Shown one piece after another: positions 34,483 to 40,000 of a stretch of DNA of 40,000 nt. The notes under the pieces were generated by a model. The model had not been told where the DNA came from and made no database searches. It was given only the letters and a program-made list of their open reading frames with translations. The position numbers were made by a program, and so were the translations under genes. Origin of the DNA: Bordetella sp. H567 (lineage in GTDB: Bacteria > Pseudomonadota > Gammaproteobacteria > Burkholderiales > Burkholderiaceae_B); the NCBI RefSeq assembly GCF_001704295.1, contig NZ_CP012334.1:716084-756083 (forward strand), given 5' to 3'. How positions within the stretch are numbered: the first letter of the stretch is position 1; the number at the start of each line of letters is the position of its first letter.

Positions 34483-35835
34483 CTAGTTTGCGCCGTGGCC
34501 GGCAGCGCGCATCCGATCCACCATGCGGGGCGCGGCCCCCAAGTAGTTGGCGGGGTCGCACAGCCGTTCGATCGCGGGCTGGTCCAGGTGCGCCGTGACG
34601 CGCGGTTCCCGCGCCAGCACGTCGGCCAACGGACGTTGCTCCGCCAGCGCCAGCCGGCAGGCGTCGTATACAACGTCGTGTGCCGTCTGGCGGCCCAGGC
34701 AGGGCGCCAGGCCCATCATCACCGCCTCGGAGACGATCAGGCCCCCGGTCAAGTCCAGGTTGCGGCGCATGCGCTGGGTGTCGACTTCCAGGCCGCCCAG
34801 CATGAACTTGGCCTGGCGCAGCGCGCCGGCGGTCAGCACGAAGGACTCGGGAATGGCCGACCACTCGATATGCCAGGGCCCGGTGGCGCGTTCGAAGTCC
34901 TGCACCATGGCGTCCAGCGCCAGGCCGGCGTGCTGGCGCACCACTTTCGAGGCGCTCAGCATCAGCTCGCAGGAGATGGGGTTGCGCTTCTGCGGCATGG
35001 TGCTGGATGCGCCCCGGTTCTTGACGAAAGGCTCGAAGGCCTCGGCCACTTCGTTGGTCATCATGAGCATGACGTCCAGCGCGATCTTGCCCAGCGACCC
35101 GGTAAGCAGCCCCAGGAACTGGACGGTCTCCGCCAGGCCGTCGCGGGCCACGTGCCAGGTCACCGGCGCGGCATGCAGGCCCAGGTCGCGCATCAGCGCC
35201 TCCTGGACAGCGATGCCTTGCTCGCCTAGCGATGCCAGCGTTCCCGCCGCGCCGCCGAATTGCCCGACCAGCACGCGGGGGCGCAATTGCGCCAGGCGCT
35301 CGCGGTGGCGCCGCACCATCAGCAGCCACACGGCGGCCTTGTAGCCGAAGGTGATGGGCAGCGCGTGCTGCAGATGGGTGCGGCCGGCCATGGGCGCGTC
35401 GCGATAGCGCTGCGCCAGCGCATCCAGGATGCCGTCCAGCTCGGCCAGGTCGGCCTCGACCAGATCCAGCGCCTCGCGTATCTGCAACACCGTCGCGGTG
35501 TCCATGATGTCCTGCGTGGTCGCGCCCCAGTGCAGGTATTCGCCTTCGTCCCCGCACATTCGCGCCAGCTGGTGCACCAGCGGCAGGATGGGGTAGCCCA
35601 CGATTTCGGTTTCGTGCTTGAGTAGCGCCATGTCCAGGCGCGACGCGTCGGCGCGCGCCGCGATGGCATCGGCGGCCGCCTGCGGGATGATGCCCAGCCC
35701 GGCCTGCACGCGCGCCAGCGCGACCTCCGTTTCGACGTAGCGCCGCAGCGTGGCCGCGTCGTCGAACACCGCGCGCATCGCGGCGGTGCCGAACATGTCT
35801 TTGAACACGGCGGATTCGATTACGGATATGGGCAT
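34483..35835 (-). CDS. Fumarate-lyase superfamily enzyme (adenylosuccinate lyase / 3-carboxy-cis,cis-muconate cycloisomerase-like)
   Basis: 451 aa from MPISVIESAVFKDMFGT. Carries the signature GASSTMPQKRNP. Confidence 0.85.
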   Translation of the reverse strand: MPISVIESAVFKDMFGTAAMRAVFDDAATLRRYVETEVALARVQAGLGIIPQAAADAIAARADASRLDMALLKHETEIVGYPILPLVHQLARMCGDEGEYLHWGATTQDIMDTATVLQIREALDLVEADLAELDGILDALAQRYRDAPMAGRTHLQHALPITFGYKAAVWLLMVRRHRERLAQLRPRVLVGQFGGAAGTLASLGEQGIAVQEALMRDLGLHAAPVTWHVARDGLAETVQFLGLLTGSLGKIALDVMLMMTNEVAEAFEPFVKNRGASSTMPQKRNPISCELMLSASKVVRQHAGLALDAMVQDFERATGPWHIEWSAIPESFVLTAGALRQAKFMLGGLEVDTQRMRRNLDLTGGLIVSEAVMMGLAPCLGRQTAHDVVYDACRLALAEQRPLADVLAREPRVTAHLDQPAIERLCDPANYLGAAPRMVDRMRAAGHGAN

Positions 35836-36022
35836 GTTGGCTCTGTCGCTAGATTGGAAAAAGGGGCTGGCGCATGCCGGCGGTCGCTCCCGGCCATGGA
35901 AGCCGGCGCGCATGGCCGGGATGAGGATCTCGGCGGCGGATGGGACACGGGGCAGGACCACAAGGAGAAAGCGGCGGCGGGCGGCCGCACGCCGAGTGGG
36001 CGGGGCCGCCCGTGCGCCGCTC

Positions 36023-36066
36023 TATTATGTATAGACATAATATTAAGTACAGGACATATATGATGT
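36023..36066. promoter_or_regulatory. AT-rich pair of palindromes (candidate operator) upstream of the lyase-family gene
   Basis: TATTATGT-ATAG-ACATAATA (36023-36042) and GACAT-ATATG-ATGTC (36052-36066), within otherwise GC-rich intergenic DNA. Confidence 0.3.
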
Positions 36067-36158
36067 CAACCGCGGCGCGGCGCAGGTAAGCCGCGCCCCG
36101 GGACATCAGGCGGCACACGCCACCGCTCGCCTGGTCGGCGAGCGGATCGTTGCTGTCT

Positions 36159-36596
36159 TCAGGTCCAGGCCCGCGGGCGCGGCACCTCGCAGGGGCCCTG
36201 CACCGGTATGCTGGTGAAGTCCGCCGGGCCGACGATTTCCAGGTATTCCATGTCGCGCGAATAGTCGAACAGGAAGTGGCGGATGCCCGGCCGCTGGTGC
36301 ACGCAGTCGCCCGCGCTGACGAGGGTCTCGCGGTCTTCATACATGAAGCGGGCCCAGCCCTTGAGCATGTAGACGATGTGGAACTGCGCCTCGTGGATGT
36401 GCCAGCCCGTCCCGGCCTCCGGCGCTTCGTTGGCCCTTACCAGTTGGGCGATGACCTTGCCGCGCGTCGCCGCGGCGATGCCCAGGTCCCGGTAGAGAAA
36501 GAAATCCCGTAATCCTCCCGATCGGAATTCCGTATCGCCCGGCCGGACGTGTGAGAATAGGCCGCCAGTATCCAGGTCTGCCGTGTCGTTTGCCAT
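36159..36596 (-). CDS. Cupin-domain protein
   Basis: 145 aa. GTGWHIHEAQFHIVYMLKGWARFMYEDRETLVSAGDCVHQRPGIRH is a cupin motif pair. Confidence 0.75.
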   Translation of the reverse strand: MANDTADLDTGGLFSHVRPGDTEFRSGGLRDFFLYRDLGIAAATRGKVIAQLVRANEAPEAGTGWHIHEAQFHIVYMLKGWARFMYEDRETLVSAGDCVHQRPGIRHFLFDYSRDMEYLEIVGPADFTSIPVQGPCEVPRPRAWT

Positions 36597-36804
36597 TGCT
36601 CTTTCTCCAAATGGGAAGTAGGGCGTCGAGCCAGCGGGGTCAGGTGGAGCGCGGTCGCCCTGAGGGCGCGCTCCCTCCCTTGGGGAGGCAGTCGCGCAGC
36701 GACAGGAGGCCAGTCTAGTCAGCGCGCCTGGTTGGCGGCAATACCGTAAAACTACGTTGTGGCGCCCAGGGGTGGCGGTGGCCCCGCGTTCCGGAGATCG
36801 AACG

Positions 36805-37365
36805 ATGAGCCCGTCCGATATCGACTACAAGGAAGTCCTGATGCGCGCGCCCGTCGGCATGTGCGTGTCCCGCAACCGCGTGATCCAGTTCGCCAACCCG
36901 GCGCTCGAGGCCATGTTCCGCTATGGTGCCGGCGCGCTGGACGGCATTTCGTTCGAGCCGCTGTATCCCACCGCCGCGGAATTCGCCCGCACCGGTCGCC
37001 GCCTGCTGCGCCTGCTGGGCCAGGCCGATGCGTATTCCGACGAACGCATCATGAAGCGCCGGGAAGGGGAGCTGTTCTGGTGCCATACGAGCGGCCGTTC
37101 CCTGGTCTCGCGCAACCCTCACGCCGCCGTCATCTGGGTGTTCGAGGACTTGAGCGCGAAACGGCCGGTGGCCTCCGGACTGAGCGCGCGGGAACGCGAA
37201 ATCGCCGCGCTCATCGCCGAAGGCAAGACCAGCAAGGTCATCGCGAAGCAGCTGGACCTCAGCCCCCGCACCGTCGAAATGTACCGGGCCCGGCTGATGG
37301 CGAAATTCGCCGCCAGGACGTCCGCCGGCCTGGTCCACAAGCTGATGAGCTTTTCGGCGGCGTAG
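36805..37365 (+). CDS. PAS-domain / LuxR-family (GerE HTH) transcriptional regulator
   Basis: Start at MSPSDIDYKEVL with SD GGAGA. C terminus LSAREREIAALIAEGKTSKVIAKQLDLSPRTVEMYRARLMAKF. Confidence 0.85.
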   Translation: MSPSDIDYKEVLMRAPVGMCVSRNRVIQFANPALEAMFRYGAGALDGISFEPLYPTAAEFARTGRRLLRLLGQADAYSDERIMKRREGELFWCHTSGRSLVSRNPHAAVIWVFEDLSAKRPVASGLSAREREIAALIAEGKTSKVIAKQLDLSPRTVEMYRARLMAKFAARTSAGLVHKLMSFSAA

Positions 37366-37386
37366 CGGATACGGCCGCCGACAAGG

Positions 37387-37626
37387 TCATCCACCCACGG
37401 AGCGGTTCTGCGCCGTGCCGAGCACGTCGTCGACGCGCTCCTCATAGGCCGCCCGTGCCTCGTCCGGCCATTGCGCGGCGTGCCGGTCCATCCACTCCAG
37501 CACATCGACCTTCATCTGAGCGATGAAGGTTTCAGGGTCCTGCTGCTGCCTTGCGATGAGGCGCACGAACTCCGAGAGGATGCGTGCGTCGGCGGCCAGG
37601 AGAGCGAAATTCGGATCCATCATCAC
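37387..37626 (-). CDS. Hypothetical small protein (79 aa)
   Basis: Open frame only; no motif recognised. Confidence 0.4.
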   Translation of the reverse strand: MMMDPNFALLAADARILSEFVRLIARQQQDPETFIAQMKVDVLEWMDRHAAQWPDEARAAYEERVDDVLGTAQNRSVGG

Positions 37627-37666
37627 ATCACCATTTGGCGTGTTCTGTCGTGCCGCATCGTCCGGA

Positions 37667-38311
37667 TCAGCTCACGGACGGCGACCCGACCTGCAAGGCG
37701 GCCAGCGAGGCGTTCAAGGTATAGATCGCCGTCAGCGATGCCTCGTCCAGCACATGCCCCTGCATGGCGTCCAGCACGTCCGTGGCCTTGAACGGGTCCG
37801 GCAGCGCGAGGGTGGGGACGGACAGCGCATATACCGTGAAGCGGTAGCGATGCGCGCGGGCGTCGTTCCACGGCGGTGCCGGCCCGCCGTAGCTCTGGCC
37901 TATGGCCGCGCTCATCTCCGGCATGTCGGCGTAGTCGTTGTAGCCCAGGCGGCATGGCGGTGCGGCCATCACCGCTGGCGCGCCGTCTTGCGGTAGGGAG
38001 ACGAAAGCGCCTTCCTCGATCTCCCGGACCGACACGGGCAGATCGACGACGACCCAGTGATAGAACTCGCAGCGGGGAATATCGTCCGGCGGCACCGTTC
38101 CGGCTTCGTTGACGCGCGAGCGGTCGCGGGGAGCGTCCAGGTCGGCGCACAGCAAGGCGAACGAGGCGGTGCCTTCGGGCACGTCATCCCAGGCAAGGTG
38201 CGGATTCAGGTTCTCCGCGGGGACCAGCGTGGTGGGACTGCTGTTGCGGGAGAGGGCGTACCGGTCCGGAATGGCCTCTCCCTCTAGAAACGAAAGACTG
38301 TTGAGTTTCAC
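37667..38311 (-). CDS. YbhB/YbcL-family PEBP (Raf kinase inhibitor-like) protein
   Basis: 214 aa. NLNPHLAWDDVPEGTASFALLCADLDAP...HRYRFTVYAL is the PEBP pattern. Confidence 0.85.
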   Translation of the reverse strand: MKLNSLSFLEGEAIPDRYALSRNSSPTTLVPAENLNPHLAWDDVPEGTASFALLCADLDAPRDRSRVNEAGTVPPDDIPRCEFYHWVVVDLPVSVREIEEGAFVSLPQDGAPAVMAAPPCRLGYNDYADMPEMSAAIGQSYGGPAPPWNDARAHRYRFTVYALSVPTLALPDPFKATDVLDAMQGHVLDEASLTAIYTLNASLAALQVGSPSVS

Positions 38312-38404
38312 TATTGCGCCGCCTTCTCATGCCGTGGGGACCGCCCACCTCGTGCCGCGGGCGCGACATCGCGCCACGGCGTGGCGTGCATGCAAGCCTC
38401 GTTC

Positions 38405-38671
38405 CTATCGCCGTGCATGGCCCGCGGCGCGCAGGTCATCGGCCGTGATGGTGACGTCGCCGGCGTGCGCGGCTCCCAGCTGCTGGGCCAGGGCGTGGAT
38501 GGCGCGGAAGTTGGCACGGTAGGCCTCCAGCATACGGCTGCCGCCGCTGTCGGCCCCGAAATACTCGGCCAATGCGTCGCCGCGAATGCGGACGGTGCGC
38601 ATGCCGTCGGGAAAATGCATCGTGAAGCGGACATCGCCGCCATCGATGCGCGCATCGGGATCGAAACTCAT
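38405..38671 (-). CDS. DUF1488-like small protein
   Basis: Start at MSFDPDARIDGGDVRFTMHFPDGMRTVRIRGDALAEYFG with SD GGAG. The family call is from memory. Confidence 0.55.
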   Translation of the reverse strand: MSFDPDARIDGGDVRFTMHFPDGMRTVRIRGDALAEYFGADSGGSRMLEAYRANFRAIHALAQQLGAAHAGDVTITADDLRAAGHARR

Positions 38672-39001
38672 GGCTGCTCCAGGAATGGGCGCCCGGAAAT
38701 TCCGGCGCGTCGCCGCCCATGGCATGGGCAAGCGCCATGCGCGGGCCCGGCACGGCTGGCGTGGCCGGGGCATGCGACGAAAGGGAGCTCATCCGTGGCA
38801 CACGGTGCCTGGGCCCCTGTCCGGATGGCCCGGCCGGCCAGGCCATCCGGACAGGGTACGCATTGCCCCCTCGGATTTCTCGCGCGGCGCGCGATCGCGC
38901 TGACGAGCGATTTGCAGCCGAATCCGACGCCACGGGGAACGTGGTACAAGCATAGGCGCCCGCGCGCCATGCGCGGGCCTGCCGCCATTTCCGGATTCCC
39001 G

Positions 39002-39268
39002 ATGAAAAAGACCGACCTCGAAAAAAACAAAGCCCTGAAGCTGATGGGCAAGCTCAACGCCGCCGTCCCACCCGGACGCTACGCCGGCACCACCCCCGTG
39101 CCGGACCGGCGTGAACAACGCAAGCTGGACCAGGCCGCCGGACTGGTGCCCTTCCCGGTCAAGCTGCAACAGCGGCTGGTGGATGCCTTGCGTGCCAGGG
39201 CGGATGCCGAAGGGGTCAGCCCCAACGACCTGATCAACACGCTGCTGTCCGAGGCGTTGAAAGACTGA
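39002..39268 (+). CDS. Hypothetical protein (88 aa)
   Basis: [19 protein letters not shown]... with a C-terminal helix, [28 protein letters not shown]. Lies 4 nt upstream of yaiI. Confidence 0.5.
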   Translation: MKKTDLEKNKALKLMGKLNAAVPPGRYAGTTPVPDRREQRKLDQAAGLVPFPVKLQQRLVDALRARADAEGVSPNDLINTLLSEALKD

Positions 39269-39272
39269 CGCC

Positions 39273-39752
39273 ATGCATATCTGGGTCGACGCCGATGCCT
39301 GTCCCGCGGTAGTCAAGGACATCCTTTACCGCGCGGCGCAGCGGTCGCAACGGCACCTGACGCTGGTGGCCAACCAGATGCTGCGCACGCCGCCGTCGCC
39401 GTGGTTGCACGCCGTGCAGGTGCCGCGCGGTTTCGACGTGGCGGACGACTACATCGTGCAGCACGCCAAGGCCGGAGATCTGGTCATCACGGGGGATATC
39501 CCCCTGGCGGCGCAGGTACTGGAAAAGGGCGCGCTGGTGCTCAACCCGCGCGGCGAGCGCTATAGCGCCGATACGATACGCGAGCGCCTGTCGATGCGGG
39601 ACATGATGGAAGAGTTGCGCAGCGCCGGCGTCGATACGGGTGGTCCCTCGGCGTTCAGCCAGGCTGACCGCCGCGCCTTCGGCAATGCACTGGATAGCCT
39701 TATCGCGGCGCGCGACCGCGCCGACCGCGCCGCCGCATCCGTGCCGAAGTAG
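39273..39752 (+). CDS. yaiI: UPF0178 / DUF188 protein YaiI
   Basis: [24 protein letters not shown]...[12 protein letters not shown]...[10 protein letters not shown]...[49 protein letters not shown] aligns along its length with remembered E. coli YaiI. Confidence 0.9.
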   Translation: MHIWVDADACPAVVKDILYRAAQRSQRHLTLVANQMLRTPPSPWLHAVQVPRGFDVADDYIVQHAKAGDLVITGDIPLAAQVLEKGALVLNPRGERYSADTIRERLSMRDMMEELRSAGVDTGGPSAFSQADRRAFGNALDSLIAARDRADRAAASVPK

Positions 39753-39780
39753 CCGCCTTGCCTGGTATGCAGGGCTGGCG

Positions 39781-39978
39781 CTACAGCCTCGTGTCCGGCC
39801 GCAGATAGGTCAGCAGGCAGCAAACCACCAGGCCGAACCCCAAGTAGGGATGCCACAGCGCCAGTATGCCGCTGAGCGTGAAGATCGCCAGGGTCAGCGA
39901 GGACCGCCGGTGCATGGCGGTCCTGCTGGTCGCCGATACGTCGGGATGCGCCGTCCTGTCCATGGTTTCACGCATCAA
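39781..39978 (-). CDS. Possible small membrane protein (65 aa)
   Basis: Two hydrophobic stretches, LTLAIFTLSGILALW and LGFGLVVCCLLTYL. No other support. Confidence 0.3.
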   Translation of the reverse strand: MMRETMDRTAHPDVSATSRTAMHRRSSLTLAIFTLSGILALWHPYLGFGLVVCCLLTYLRPDTRL

Positions 39979-40000
39979 GGCGATATAGCTCAGATTGACC

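Noticed and set aside
1-40000. CRISPR arrays, rRNA genes, IS elements with terminal inverted repeats.
   Set aside because: There are no regularly spaced 25-40-bp direct repeats, no rRNA-like conserved blocks and no transposase-like ORF. The only periodic short repeats are the GTTGCCCC octamers and the cassette cores described above.

Overview
High-GC betaproteobacterial DNA, probably Bordetella/Achromobacter-like; this guess rests only on two Bug/TctC-family binding proteins and the composition. No tools were run, so every family call comes from reading the supplied translations and motifs. Positions 1-15687 are the late (virion, lysis, packaging) half of a P2-like prophage in canonical synteny: G-H-I-J-W-V-S-R-lysC/lysB-endolysin-holins-X-L-M-N-O on the minus strand, with divergent P-Q on the plus strand. 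Tail sheath, tube, tape-measure and lysogeny/replication genes are not in the window. Main finding: the 3' end of the tail-fibre gene H is followed by four more open, promoterless C-terminal cassettes. One has the same orientation as H and three are inverted. All five cassettes begin at the same 12-bp core CACTGCAAATGC, present as 3 copies on the plus strand and 2 on the minus strand. The array is bracketed by a single tail-fibre assembly gene and a convergent 336-aa tyrosine recombinase that, from memory, resembles the R64 shufflon recombinase Rci. I interpret this as a shufflon-type multi-inversion host-range switch run by a tyrosine recombinase rather than a Gin/Hin/Cin serine invertase. 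Right of the portal gene lie an ATP-dependent DNA ligase, a DUF3606 protein and an unknown ORF behind a LexA-box-like site, followed by an SRAP/YedK gene. Next is a visibly lower-GC island (about 18.4-21.1 kb) carrying a SieB-like membrane protein and a translationally coupled multi-TM + ComEC-type MBL-fold gene pair, which is a candidate anti-phage module. The island ends in a P4-type integrase stub fused to an AraC-type stub. From 21.4 kb to the end the genes look chromosomal: ABM monooxygenase, a duplicated Bug gene pair flanking a low-GC orphan, GlxA/AraC regulator, catalase, AI-2E transporter-GAF fusion, methyltransferase, SDR, hemerythrin-domain protein, fumarate-lyase-family enzyme, cupin, PAS-LuxR regulator, PEBP, DUF1488 and YaiI. 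I found no rRNA, tRNA or CRISPR array.
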